Below are positions 24,550 through 34,887 of a stretch of DNA of 49,447 nt, in pieces (positions within the stretch are counted from its first letter, which is position 1; each line of letters begins with the position of its first letter). Source of the DNA: a virus; the IMG/VR virus record IMGVR_UViG_3300050019_000017, positions 1 to 49,447 of that record; one strand, 5' to 3'. The position numbers and the translations under genes are program-made. Under the pieces are notes generated by a model that saw only the letters and a program-made list of their open reading frames with translations, was not told where the DNA came from and did not search any database.

Positions 24550-24882
24550 ATGCCAGAAACTAATGGAAAGCCATTACCTATTTCACGTATTTCTCTAACA
24601 GTAACAAACGTTATTGCTATACTTGTATTAGCTGGTGGATGGATTTATAATTATGCTATTGCACAAGAAATGATGCGCGAAAATACTAGGCGTATTGTTG
24701 TTCTTGAATCAATTCAAGTATCACGTGTGGAATTTGATTTAAAAGAAAAAGAACTTACGCTACGGCTTGATCGTATCGAGTCAAAGATTGATTCAGGGGC
24801 CGTTGATACTTCCACTGATTTAAGAGCAATACGTAAAGAGTGGTCACGTTATAGTTCTCATCCTAAAGGTCATCAAGAATAA
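24550..24882 (+). CDS. membrane-anchored coiled-coil protein
   Basis: N-terminal TM helix ISLTVTNVIAILVLAGGWIY followed by a charged helical region. Confidence 0.45.
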   Translation: MPETNGKPLPISRISLTVTNVIAILVLAGGWIYNYAIAQEMMRENTRRIVVLESIQVSRVEFDLKEKELTLRLDRIESKIDSGAVDTSTDLRAIRKEWSRYSSHPKGHQE

Positions 24883-25077
24883 GAAAGGAACAATCAATTG
24901 GCAAAACCCAAAGGTTCATCCAATCACACCACCAAGAAATTCCCATCCGGGCGTAGCAACAACAAAACACCAATGCCCCCTGTTGCAAAGAGTATGCCAG
25001 CACACAAAGGTAAGTGCTAATCGTAGTCTAACAACGTGTGAAGCGGTGCTTCATACTTAACTCGAAAGGACAAGATT

Positions 25078-25527
25078 ATGTCACTTCAGAGAATGTTTCA
25101 GATGGATGACAAGAAACAAATTGAAGGGGTCCGGGTGTCTTATGCTCCGAATCCTGATGGTACTGTTCCCACATTTATACTTGCTCGCATGGGACGTGCC
25201 AACAAGCGGTACCTTACTGAGATTACCCGGCTAACTAAGCCAGTTCAACGTTTGATTGATGCAAATCAGTTAGGTGATGAACTGGCTGATGCCATTGTAT
25301 TAGAGGCATTTGTAGATACGGTGCTGCTTGGTTGGGAGCATGTTCAACTGGAAAAGGCTATTGATAATTGTCCGCTTCCGGTCGGAACAGACATTGTATT
25401 AAACCGAACCAATGCACACTTATTGCTTGGCAAGGGTCTGCCGGAACTATTTGCGGACCTTCGTGAACAGGCACAGGCAGCGACATTGTTTCGTGATGAT
25501 TCATTGGACGTTGCCGCAAAAAACTAA
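25078..25527 (+). CDS. tail assembly chaperone (G-like)
   Basis: It lies between the major tail and tape measure genes and ends 1 nt after an A_AAA_AAC heptamer. Confidence 0.6.
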   Translation: MSLQRMFQMDDKKQIEGVRVSYAPNPDGTVPTFILARMGRANKRYLTEITRLTKPVQRLIDANQLGDELADAIVLEAFVDTVLLGWEHVQLEKAIDNCPLPVGTDIVLNRTNAHLLLGKGLPELFADLREQAQAATLFRDDSLDVAAKN

Positions 25528-25853
25528 TTGATGTTCTGCTCTATACATTAGACATGGGTAAGGCAGAGCAGAGCATCATAAAACAGGCGGTACGATTTGG
25601 TAATCCGATTCCAGAACGTATCGCCAATGCTCCTAAACTGAATCTAGGTTTGCAGTTTTATTTAGATGCTTTCTTTGATCTTGATTCGGAGCGGACACAC
25701 GGATTTAGCCTTACTCGTATTCCTTGGAGTGCTATTGTTAATTATGCAAGAGCTACAGAGCTAGATGATCAGGAAACAGATGATTTAGTTTATATTATTC
25801 AAGCAATGGATAGAGCACATCTTGAGCGATTAGAGAAAAAGAATGAAAAGTGA
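25078..25853 (+). CDS. tail assembly chaperone, predicted -1 frameshift fusion (GT-like)
   Basis: ORF 25554..25853 is in the -1 frame relative to 25078..25527 and is reachable from the slippery site without a stop. Confidence 0.5.
25518..25524 (+). promoter_or_regulatory. -1 programmed frameshift slippery heptamer A_AAA_AAC
   Basis: Zero-frame codons are GCA AAA AAC TAA. The -1 frame is open from 25500 into ORF 25554..25853. Confidence 0.55.
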
Positions 25854-26319
25854 AACGCTTATGCAACTAGCGGCTAGTATGGATCAACTTGAAAATGATA
25901 TACCTATTATTGCCAGTAATATTGCTCGTGACGTAGCAGACAGGATAGCTAATGATCTTGTTGAAGTTACTCCGGTTGATGTTGGTGATGCAATGTCGGG
26001 TTGGATCGTTACACTTGATACTCCCGCGTCTGACATTCAACTAGCTTTTGCTCCTAGTCCTAAAGGTAGATGGAGACCTCCGTGGACACATGCTGTTGAT
26101 CCGCTTATAACTTTCTTTGCAAATGTAGGACAGGCGACAGAAGCAATCAGATTAGCTCTTGAAGCAAAGCAACCGGGTCAATCTATTTGGATTGTTAACA
26201 ATCTTCCTTATATAGATGTATTGAACACAGGAACATCAAAACAGGAACCGGGCGGTTTTGTTGAACGTGCCATGCTTCTAGCTGAAATAGTTGTGGGCAA
26301 TGCAAAGTTGGTAATTTAA
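25843..26319 (+). CDS. hypothetical tail-module protein
   Basis: 158-aa ORF overlapping the upstream gene by 11 nt. VEVTPVDVGDAMSGW resembles HK97 gp10-type proteins weakly. Confidence 0.4.
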   Translation: MKSETLMQLAASMDQLENDIPIIASNIARDVADRIANDLVEVTPVDVGDAMSGWIVTLDTPASDIQLAFAPSPKGRWRPPWTHAVDPLITFFANVGQATEAIRLALEAKQPGQSIWIVNNLPYIDVLNTGTSKQEPGGFVERAMLLAEIVVGNAKLVI

Positions 26320-29300
26320 ATGGCGACACATAATGTAGCAATTAACATTACCGATAGTGTTGACGGCAAAATTGCTGTAAAGATTCAGGAGATTGGTTCT
26401 GCTGCTAGAGTATCAACTACAGGGCTTCGTGGTTTACAAACGGCTATAGATCAGGTAAGCGGATCAGGTTTAACCGGGCTTAAAACTACACTTCAACAAA
26501 TCAGTGCTTCTAGTCAACAACTTGCAACAACAACTACTCGGATGGGGCAAGCTGCATTTTCTGCTTCATCCGGTGTAGATAAATTAGCTACTTCTTACCG
26601 CAATCTTAATATAGCTGCATCGGCTGCTATTCTTACCCTTCAACAATTGGCAACAGCGGCTAATAATGGATCAACAGCCACAGCCAATTTAGGTAAGCAA
26701 ACGGCTGTTGCCTCTGCTGGTACTCAAAGTATGGGCGGTGCTAATCTTATGGCTGCTTCTACCTTATCAGTATTAGAAGGAAGAACACTTGGTAGTAATA
26801 GAGCGGTTGCTAGGTTACTCGTTAGTTATGCCGGGTTAGGTTCAATTATCAAAGCTGCTTTTCCTGTTATTGGTGCTATAGCTCTTATTGGTATCTTGGA
26901 TATGATGTATGATAAAGTGCAAAAAATAGTTCAAGCTTATAAAGATTTGACTTCGCAAGAACGAGAAGCAAATCTTGCAAATATTAAATCTGGTGAACAA
27001 ACGTTAAAGATTAAACCTTCAGGAGATTTTAATGCAACAGCGGCTAAATTACTTGTAGGTGATCTTACATCCGAACAAGAGATTCAAATTCAAAATGTTG
27101 CTTATGCTATTAAGCGTATTCAATATGAAAAAGATTTAGCGGAAGCTGTAGCGCAGAATAATGAAAAAGGACTTCAAGGACTTGCACTTGCACAACAGAA
27201 AACAAAAGATGATCAGTTAAAACTTGATGCAATAAAAAAAGCTAAAGGGGAATTAGAAGGATTGCGTAAGACTTATGAAGATATATTAACATCTACAGTT
27301 ACACTTCCCGGTGCTGCTTATGGTTCGACAGGTTTTGAACAACCTATAGATGATGTTAAGGTTAAGCTTGTAAATGATAAGGGGGAAGTTGAAAAATTAA
27401 CAGCACAGTTTACTACAGCAACAAATGCTATTCAGGAAATACAACATGAGGCAGATATAACTGCTGTTCACATAAAAGGTGATTTTCAAAGTGAACCTTT
27501 AGCCGGAATGAAGGATGAGATTAAAGCAGCCGCAAAAGAAATGGCTGCGTTTAATGCTGAATTAACTAAGACGAAAAATATAGATATTAAAGCCGGTTTA
27601 ACTCCTATACAGCAGCAGCAACATCAATATCAACAGTTAGAACAATTTAAGACACAGACAAAATATCCAACTGAAAATCTTCCTAAGATTGATAAAGCGG
27701 AAGAAGCAACAGGTGTAGGTGGTATTCAAAAGAACAATGAATTGATTACTCAGCGCAATACTATTCTTGCTGCTGCTAGCGAACACTATAGAGATGAAGT
27801 GAGTAATATTGGTCTATATAATAATGCTCTCAAGATCGAATCAGATTATGAAAAGATTTTATTGGAACTAAGCAAGAACAAGGCATCATTATCCCCACAG
27901 CAACTAGCCGATGAAAAAGCTAAGTTAGCTGCAATTAAAGACAGTATCCAAACTTCGGTTGAAGCAGGACGTTATCAGGGTGAACTAAACAAATTATATG
28001 AGGATAGTGCCGGACCTTTATTGAACTATCGTGCCGCGCAAGCAGCAAATGTAACATTATTTGCTAATGGTGACATTTCAGTACAGAAGTTTATTGAACA
28101 TATTCGACTAGGGGGTAAGATTTATGCCGATGCAACAAACCCGCTGGCGGAATATACGCATTCGCTTCAAAATGAGATTGATCTATTGGGCAAGTACGGC
28201 ACGGCATTGGCCGTCGCATCGGAAATTCAAAAAATTCAAAATATATTGAGAGAGAAAGGTAAGACACTAACTGACTCTGAAGTATCAAATCTACGCCAGT
28301 ATCTTACTACCCTAGAATTAAACAAGCAACTCAATCAAGAAATTAACAACATTTATCAGCAACAAGCAGGACTCTTACAGAACCTATATGTTAAGCAAGC
28401 TGCATTATTGTCTCAGAAGGTAAAGGACAAAGCGGCTATTGCTCAAAACACTATTGAAATTGCAAAGCAGAATCTTCAGATGAATAGGGAAGTGACTCTT
28501 GGTAATATGTTAAAAGGTTCTATGTCTCAAATTATGTCGGGTTATAAAGGTCTAGCTACCGGCATTACTGATACAATGGGTAAAGCATTTGACACGTTAG
28601 GTAGTGGCTTTGCAGATTCATTAGGTAGAGCTATAGCTTATGGTCAAGATTTAGGTGATGCATTAAAGGATGTGGCTAGACAGGGATTATCTGAAATTAT
28701 TAGTGGTTTGGTAAAACTTGGTATTCAATGGGTTATTAGTGAAACAATTGCTAAAGGACTTCAAGCTGCTGGTTTGGCAGCAAGCAAAGCTTTGGCGGCG
28801 GCGACGGCTGTAGCATGGGCACCAGCGGCGGCTCTTGTTGACACAGCCACGATGGGCGGGGCTGGTGTGGCTGCTGATATTGCTTTGACAACTACTGCGG
28901 GTGTGGCTATGGGAATTGCCGGTGCGGGTGCCGGTGGAATGCATCTTGCTACAGGTGGCTCAGTGTGGGGAACTCCCGGTGTTGACCGGATTCCAGCCAT
29001 GCTCACGAATGGAGAATTTGTAGTTAAAGCAAATGCTGCTAGTTCCCACAGATCATTGCTTGAATCAATTAACAACGGTACCTATTATAACTCTGGTGGA
29101 GTAGTCAATAACAAAAACAATCATTATGCAAAAGGTGGAAGTGTCAATAACATTTCTGATTTAAGCCGTTCTTTTGAGGCGGTTAATCATTATGAGCATG
29201 GTGGTATTATTGGAGGCAGTGCATCAAGTTTATATAGTTCTATGGGGGCTGTTAATCATTATAATTCTGGTGGGGTAGTCAATCATTATGTTAATGGTGG

Positions 29301-29550
29301 TAGCGTCAGCAATACTTATAGCGGTGGTGGCCGTCCTATAAAGGTTAGTGTAATCCACGATGGTTCAACAGCTATTCAGGTTCAACAAGTTGATGATGAT
29401 CATATTCGAGTCATAGCAAAGCGTGAAGCTAAACTAGCTGTACATGAACATGCTCCTAATGTCATGGCTAGTGAGTTTCATAATCCTAATTCTAAACCAT
29501 CAAAAGCTATAGCACGTAATTTTCAAGCACCAAGACGTAGGAGTAATTAA
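26320..29550 (+). CDS. tape measure protein
   Basis: 1076 aa, helical and Q/A/K-rich, with hydrophobic Gly/Ala segments. It lies after the chaperones. Confidence 0.85.
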   Translation: MATHNVAINITDSVDGKIAVKIQEIGSAARVSTTGLRGLQTAIDQVSGSGLTGLKTTLQQISASSQQLATTTTRMGQAAFSASSGVDKLATSYRNLNIAASAAILTLQQLATAANNGSTATANLGKQTAVASAGTQSMGGANLMAASTLSVLEGRTLGSNRAVARLLVSYAGLGSIIKAAFPVIGAIALIGILDMMYDKVQKIVQAYKDLTSQEREANLANIKSGEQTLKIKPSGDFNATAAKLLVGDLTSEQEIQIQNVAYAIKRIQYEKDLAEAVAQNNEKGLQGLALAQQKTKDDQLKLDAIKKAKGELEGLRKTYEDILTSTVTLPGAAYGSTGFEQPIDDVKVKLVNDKGEVEKLTAQFTTATNAIQEIQHEADITAVHIKGDFQSEPLAGMKDEIKAAAKEMAAFNAELTKTKNIDIKAGLTPIQQQQHQYQQLEQFKTQTKYPTENLPKIDKAEEATGVGGIQKNNELITQRNTILAAASEHYRDEVSNIGLYNNALKIESDYEKILLELSKNKASLSPQQLADEKAKLAAIKDSIQTSVEAGRYQGELNKLYEDSAGPLLNYRAAQAANVTLFANGDISVQKFIEHIRLGGKIYADATNPLAEYTHSLQNEIDLLGKYGTALAVASEIQKIQNILREKGKTLTDSEVSNLRQYLTTLELNKQLNQEINNIYQQQAGLLQNLYVKQAALLSQKVKDKAAIAQNTIEIAKQNLQMNREVTLGNMLKGSMSQIMSGYKGLATGITDTMGKAFDTLGSGFADSLGRAIAYGQDLGDALKDVARQGLSEIISGLVKLGIQWVISETIAKGLQAAGLAASKALAAATAVAWAPAAALVDTATMGGAGVAADIALTTTAGVAMGIAGAGAGGMHLATGGSVWGTPGVDRIPAMLTNGEFVVKANAASSHRSLLESINNGTYYNSGGVVNNKNNHYAKGGSVNNISDLSRSFEAVNHYEHGGIIGGSASSLYSSMGAVNHYNSGGVVNHYVNGGSVSNTYSGGGRPIKVSVIHDGSTAIQVQQVDDDHIRVIAKREAKLAVHEHAPNVMASEFHNPNSKPSKAIARNFQAPRRRSN

Positions 29551-29922
29551 GTGGCACTTCCTAGTTTGACATTACAACCACACTCACCAAACTATACTGC
29601 TGATATAGCTACAGGTGCAGTTGTCTCTATTAAATTAGATGGTGGTGCCGGAAGGTATAGACGCGATTATTTAGGAGCGACAGCTACAATTGCTGTTGAA
29701 TGGATTCTGGACCCTGATGATTATAACACTTTATACACTTTCTTTCATACTACTTTATTTGATGGTGCGTTACCTTTCACAGTTCCTTTAATCTTTGAAT
29801 CATCAACGGTAGAAACATATAAAGCATATTTTGTTCCTGATACTTTTATATTGTATTCTCAAGAAGGTTTATCTTATACCGTACAAGCTAGTTTGGAAGT
29901 ATTGCCAGGTGCAATCACATGA
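29551..29922 (+). CDS. minor tail protein (distal tail, gpM-like position)
   Basis: 123 aa directly after the tape measure gene. GTG start. Confidence 0.45.
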   Translation: MALPSLTLQPHSPNYTADIATGAVVSIKLDGGAGRYRRDYLGATATIAVEWILDPDDYNTLYTFFHTTLFDGALPFTVPLIFESSTVETYKAYFVPDTFILYSQEGLSYTVQASLEVLPGAIT

Positions 29923-30419
29923 GTAGATATTCAGAGTTTTTCCTTAATTCGGCTTCAAGTGTAGTACAGCTAGAGCTAATTGAGATTTCTCATCCTAGTT
30001 TTAGCAAGGTATATAGGGTTGTGCGTAATGCTATTGACGGCGTTACCGTTACGCTTGAAACAGGTTTAGTTGCTAATTTTGAATATTATCCTTTGAATAT
30101 TAAGCCTACAGGAGTAAGCGACGATCTTGATCAAACACTAGAAATACAGCTTGGAGATTTAGGTGAAATTATTCCTTATGAATTAGACAATATTGCGGCT
30201 GATGGTACTTTCAACATCAAGCCTACATTGCTTTACAGAACATATCGTAGCGATGATTTAACACAACCTTTGTATGGTCCTTTCCGTTATGTTATATCTA
30301 ATATGCCTTTTACTAAAGAAGGTGTCGTACTTAATGCCGGTGCCCCTAGAGTCAATCAAAATACAACAGGAGAAATTTATACCATTGATAGGTTCCCAAC
30401 CTTGCAAGGCTTTTTATGA
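29919..30419 (+). CDS. minor tail protein (gpL-like position)
   Basis: 166 aa with an ATGA overlap. Called from gene order. Confidence 0.45.
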   Translation: MSRYSEFFLNSASSVVQLELIEISHPSFSKVYRVVRNAIDGVTVTLETGLVANFEYYPLNIKPTGVSDDLDQTLEIQLGDLGEIIPYELDNIAADGTFNIKPTLLYRTYRSDDLTQPLYGPFRYVISNMPFTKEGVVLNAGAPRVNQNTTGEIYTIDRFPTLQGFL

Positions 30420-30769
30420 TTGAAAGTGTTGACAAGTATCTGGATCGTGTTAGACGTAAAGGGTACAACTGTTGGGATTTTACTTGCGAAGTGTGGCTAG
30501 AATTAACCGGCGAAGATATACATGAGCGTTTGCCTAAGCTGATCGGTGACTTCAGGACTAGGCGCGTTACTATAAGCGGGATCAGGGGAGTAGAAAGGTT
30601 AGATAAGCCTACTAATCCGTGTATTGTAGTTATGCAGCGGTCACGTATGGTTCCCCATGTTGGAGTCTATCTAAGAGGTAAATTATTGCACTTGCCTAAT
30701 AGTGGTGCTGAGTTTAGATCGCTTGACGTAGCACAACGTTGTTATCATAAAGTATCTTACTACCGATGA
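30416..30769 (+). CDS. NlpC/P60-like tail tip protein (gpK-like position)
   Basis: GYNCWDFTCEVW (Cys) with PHVGVY and LHL (His) suggest a papain-like fold. Supported by gene order. Confidence 0.45.
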   Translation: MIESVDKYLDRVRRKGYNCWDFTCEVWLELTGEDIHERLPKLIGDFRTRRVTISGIRGVERLDKPTNPCIVVMQRSRMVPHVGVYLRGKLLHLPNSGAEFRSLDVAQRCYHKVSYYR

Positions 30770-32892
30770 ACAAAATAACCATTTGCGATAATGTATTGTC
30801 TCCCGAATCTTGGCAGACTTATGATTGTGATGATGTGCGTGAATTTTTAGCAGCTAGGTATCCTAAGATGCCTGATACTGCACATATTTATCATCATTAT
30901 GTTGCGGATAATTGCGATGTGACTCCGCACGATGAAGCTTCAATTGAATTGCTAGGCACACTCAAGGGTGATTTCTATCTAGTGATCTTACCTGAAGGTA
31001 TTGAAACTATCTTAATTATTGTTGCTATTGCTGTTGCAGCTATATCTATTGGCCTATCCTTTCTGTTACGTCCCAAGGTTAAATCAGATACGGCTACTTC
31101 AAGCAATAATCAATTATCAGACAGAACTAATAAGGAAAGAATTGGAGAGCGCATTCCCGATATTGTGGGTAGGGTTCGTTCAATTCCTGATTTACTTAGT
31201 GTGCCTTATCATATATTTATTAACAACACAGAAGTTGAATATTCCTATATGTGCATAGGACGTGGTGAATATACTATTTCTGATGTGCGTGATGACTTGA
31301 CACCATTACATGATATTAACGGATCTAGCATTGAAGTTTATAAACCATTTACATCGCCCAATTCTGGTGATCAACCACAATATAGGATTGGGACAGCTAT
31401 TGCTACACCTGTATTTAATGTACAGGAAATCAATTCTGTAAACGGTCAAGTATTACTAGCTCCAAATTTGCCCGGTAGCGATTGGATAGGACCATTCTAT
31501 ATTACCGTTAATACATTAACAGATATATGGTGCAATTTTGTAGCCGAAGCTGGATTATTTCAAGTAAGTAAGAAAGGTAATCAAAGTGCTTTATCTGTTG
31601 CTATTCAATTAGGTATTACTCCTATTGACGGTGCCGGTAATCCCACAGACGATGAAACAATGTTTAGCATAACATTGACCGGATCAGATGTATTTAAGAC
31701 TCAGATAGGAACAACATTAAAGGCACCGCTGCCAATTCCGGGTGCGGTAGCTATCCGGGCGATCCGTCTGACAGACACGATCTTGACCGAAGGGGTAAGT
31801 GTTTCTGATGAAATTCGCTGGCGAGAAGCTCATGGTTTGTCGGCTTTAGATCAAACAGATTTTGGCAATGTAACCACCGTACAGAGTATTACTCATGCTA
31901 CTTCGGCGGCTTTATCTTTGAAACAGCGTAAGTTAAATATGCTGGTGACTAGGAACGTTCCACAGTATCTAGGTACCGGGCTTGGCTTCGGCACAGCTTT
32001 AGCACCATCGCGTAATGCTATTGATATACTATGTTTCTTAGCTCTCGATCCACTTGTGGGTAACAGAACACTTGCCGAATTAGATGTAGATGTAATGTAT
32101 GTGACTATAGCAGAAATTGAAACTTATTTTGGTACCGATCTATGTACTCATTTTTCCTATACATTTGATGATGCTAATAAATCATTTGAGGAAACTGCTG
32201 CTGATATTGCCGCTGCTGTTTTTTGTATTGCTTATAGACGCGGTAGCCTTATCTCACTCTTTTTTGAGAAACGAACGTCTGATAGTACCTTGCTTTTTAA
32301 TCATCGTAACAAGGTGCCTAAATCTGAAACAAGAACTGTTGTATTTGGATCATTAAATGATTATGATGGTATCAATTTAGATTATGTTGATCCGGCGGCT
32401 TTAAACTTTCCTAATGTAGATAGTACAATTACTCTTTACTTTCCCCCTGATCAAAGTGCTCGTAACCCACAGAAGATTACGAGTATTGGTATTCGTAATA
32501 ATGTACAAGCATGGATTTATGGTTGGCGTTTGTATCAGAAACTCATATATCAAAATACTACTGTAGAGTTTGAGGCTACACAGGAAGCAGCTAGTTGTGT
32601 ACGTATGGAGCGTATTGCTGTAGCTGATAATACGCGACCGGATACACAGGATGGTGAAGTAGTTGCTCAAGCTGGTTTAATTCTTACACTTTCACAACCC
32701 GTTAATTTCATTAGTGGTAGCTATACTTATATAATATATCTTCAACATTATGATGATTCAGTCGAAAGTATAGGTATCACTCCCGGTTCTGATGAGTACA
32801 AAGTAGTGTTAGCTACTGCTCCTACACTGCCTTGTGTAGTTGACAATGATTCGTTTGCAAAAACAACGTACATCATCGTGTACACCAATTAG
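30766..32892 (+). CDS. tail tip/central fibre protein (gpI/gpJ-like)
   Basis: 708 aa with the hydrophobic segment TILIIVAIAVAAISIGLSFLL near the N-terminus. Called from gene order. Confidence 0.5.
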   Translation: MNKITICDNVLSPESWQTYDCDDVREFLAARYPKMPDTAHIYHHYVADNCDVTPHDEASIELLGTLKGDFYLVILPEGIETILIIVAIAVAAISIGLSFLLRPKVKSDTATSSNNQLSDRTNKERIGERIPDIVGRVRSIPDLLSVPYHIFINNTEVEYSYMCIGRGEYTISDVRDDLTPLHDINGSSIEVYKPFTSPNSGDQPQYRIGTAIATPVFNVQEINSVNGQVLLAPNLPGSDWIGPFYITVNTLTDIWCNFVAEAGLFQVSKKGNQSALSVAIQLGITPIDGAGNPTDDETMFSITLTGSDVFKTQIGTTLKAPLPIPGAVAIRAIRLTDTILTEGVSVSDEIRWREAHGLSALDQTDFGNVTTVQSITHATSAALSLKQRKLNMLVTRNVPQYLGTGLGFGTALAPSRNAIDILCFLALDPLVGNRTLAELDVDVMYVTIAEIETYFGTDLCTHFSYTFDDANKSFEETAADIAAAVFCIAYRRGSLISLFFEKRTSDSTLLFNHRNKVPKSETRTVVFGSLNDYDGINLDYVDPAALNFPNVDSTITLYFPPDQSARNPQKITSIGIRNNVQAWIYGWRLYQKLIYQNTTVEFEATQEAASCVRMERIAVADNTRPDTQDGEVVAQAGLILTLSQPVNFISGSYTYIIYLQHYDDSVESIGITPGSDEYKVVLATAPTLPCVVDNDSFAKTTYIIVYTN

Positions 32893-32901
32893 GAGAAGAA
32901 A

Positions 32902-33312
32902 ATGTACAATCCGAAAGTACCAACTGCAATTATGGATGCCATGCTAGATATAATTGGCGTGGATGCCGATACGGGTTTTATTGATATTTACAACGGAACA
33001 CAACCGGCGAATGGTGGTGACGCTTTAACAGGTCAAACTATGCTCTGTTCTTTTCCTTTACCTGCCGATGCTTTTCCAGCAGCTAGCGATAGGAAACTCA
33101 CCGCAAATGCTATTGACAATGCTAATGCTGCTGCTAGTGGTAGTGCTAATTGGTTTCGTATGTATAAAGCCGATCATACTACACCAATTATTGATGGTTC
33201 GGCTGGTGTGCCGCGTCCCGGTAATGATTTTGATCTTGAACTTGCCAATGATGATCTTGTAACTGGACAGGCTCAAGGCATCGTTTCATGTATCATCAAC
33301 GGAAATAACTAG
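32902..33312 (+). CDS. hypothetical tail-associated protein
   Basis: 136-aa ORF with GGAGAAG upstream. Confidence 0.45.
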   Translation: MYNPKVPTAIMDAMLDIIGVDADTGFIDIYNGTQPANGGDALTGQTMLCSFPLPADAFPAASDRKLTANAIDNANAAASGSANWFRMYKADHTTPIIDGSAGVPRPGNDFDLELANDDLVTGQAQGIVSCIINGNN

Positions 33313-33321
33313 GAAACAATT

Positions 33322-34866
33322 ATGAGTTTTCCCATTGATTGGACAACAGCACCAGATGATGATTCTAGTAATTCTTTCTTTCCTGATGTACCGGGATGGT
33401 CAAAGGTTATTAAGTCTAGTCCCGGTGCGATAGAGGATGTGTCTGCCGGTTTTACGTTTATAGACGGATACACACCTATTCCGTGGACCGACGTAACAAA
33501 TGCCGCAAGCAATGATGGAACTAATAATGCTTCAGTAACTCTTACAGAAGTTGATCCACTATATAACTGCTCTGATTGCTTGTATGCACACGATTGGGGT
33601 TTTGCCATTCCTGATGGGGCGACTATTCAGGCGTTGATGGTAAGCATCAATGGAACATTTGTTGCGACGCAGGACTTCGTAAATGGAGGATCTGGAAATT
33701 TTCTTCCATTTGCCTTAAACGTAAGTGGGGCTTGGGATTATGGGCCGGATGCTCCACTCTATCCGGTGGGACTTGATAATATCGTTCTGTGGTACACCCC
33801 GCCGGGTACCTATCCTCCCGCAACCAACAAGGAAGACTTTACAGAACCGTCTGATATTCATCCTCCTATCGATGGGGGCATAATGGCTGCTTTTACCGAC
33901 GTATCACTTACGCCGGAGTTGGTAAATGCTTCGGGATTTGGCATGGGTTTTTCTGTGCTATGTGGTTTTGTAGATGGACTACCCGGAATGATGGCAACCA
34001 ACATCTACGCGATGGCGATGGCTGTATATTATACTGGTGGTGACAGTGATAATCTAAATAGATGCGGTCAAGAATATCCTAATGGTAATCCGTTAGCCAA
34101 TCAAATTTGTATGAAGTTGGACCCGTTATCTTTTAGTGTACGATCAACAAATCGTATATCAATTAAATTGCATCACTTTCTGATGCGATTACGTTCAAAG
34201 GCTCGAATACTTATTAACCTACAAATGTTTCGTCATAGTAGGACAGGTTTACAAGTTAAACGTATCCCATTTTTGTTAATGGAGAAAGTACCACAGAATA
34301 GACAGACCTATAAGTTAACGGCTGTTAATTATGCTACTGAATATTATGATCCACATGATGATGACTTCAAAAATAATTTTGTGGTTTACAACGGTGGTGA
34401 CGAAAGCGGCGGTGGTGGCGACGGTGGTACGGGTGATGGTAATTATAGACCATCTATCTATAATGATTTAGGTGATTTATTTACAACCAATCCTGAACAG
34501 GCTTACGATACACTAGCTGAAACCTTTGCTGATGTTAGCGGCACTTATAGCGGTGGAGATGGTCAAAAACCCGATTATGTTCAATATCTTGGATTTCCTA
34601 ATTTAGTCTTACATGCAGATTCAACGATCAATATTGATTTGAGTTTTGAAATACATATTGCCGGTCATGTACATATTGCTTCTACCGGCTACTTTGATAT
34701 TACTTGGAACTCCAATCATACAAGAGCTACCATTTCTTATACAGTACCAGCAGGTACTAATATATCTACTATCGGTATAGGTATTTGGTGTGCTGGTGAT
34801 CCTCACGGTAGCGATAATACATGGGCGATCTGCGACATTTACGACATTTGGATTGTCAAAGTTTAA
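33322..34866 (+). CDS. putative tail fibre/receptor-binding protein
   Basis: 514 aa at the distal end of the tail module, with Gly/Asp-rich stretches. Confidence 0.45.
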   Translation: MSFPIDWTTAPDDDSSNSFFPDVPGWSKVIKSSPGAIEDVSAGFTFIDGYTPIPWTDVTNAASNDGTNNASVTLTEVDPLYNCSDCLYAHDWGFAIPDGATIQALMVSINGTFVATQDFVNGGSGNFLPFALNVSGAWDYGPDAPLYPVGLDNIVLWYTPPGTYPPATNKEDFTEPSDIHPPIDGGIMAAFTDVSLTPELVNASGFGMGFSVLCGFVDGLPGMMATNIYAMAMAVYYTGGDSDNLNRCGQEYPNGNPLANQICMKLDPLSFSVRSTNRISIKLHHFLMRLRSKARILINLQMFRHSRTGLQVKRIPFLLMEKVPQNRQTYKLTAVNYATEYYDPHDDDFKNNFVVYNGGDESGGGGDGGTGDGNYRPSIYNDLGDLFTTNPEQAYDTLAETFADVSGTYSGGDGQKPDYVQYLGFPNLVLHADSTINIDLSFEIHIAGHVHIASTGYFDITWNSNHTRATISYTVPAGTNISTIGIGIWCAGDPHGSDNTWAICDIYDIWIVKV

Positions 34867-34887
34867 CTTGACAGGCTAGGAGTCATC

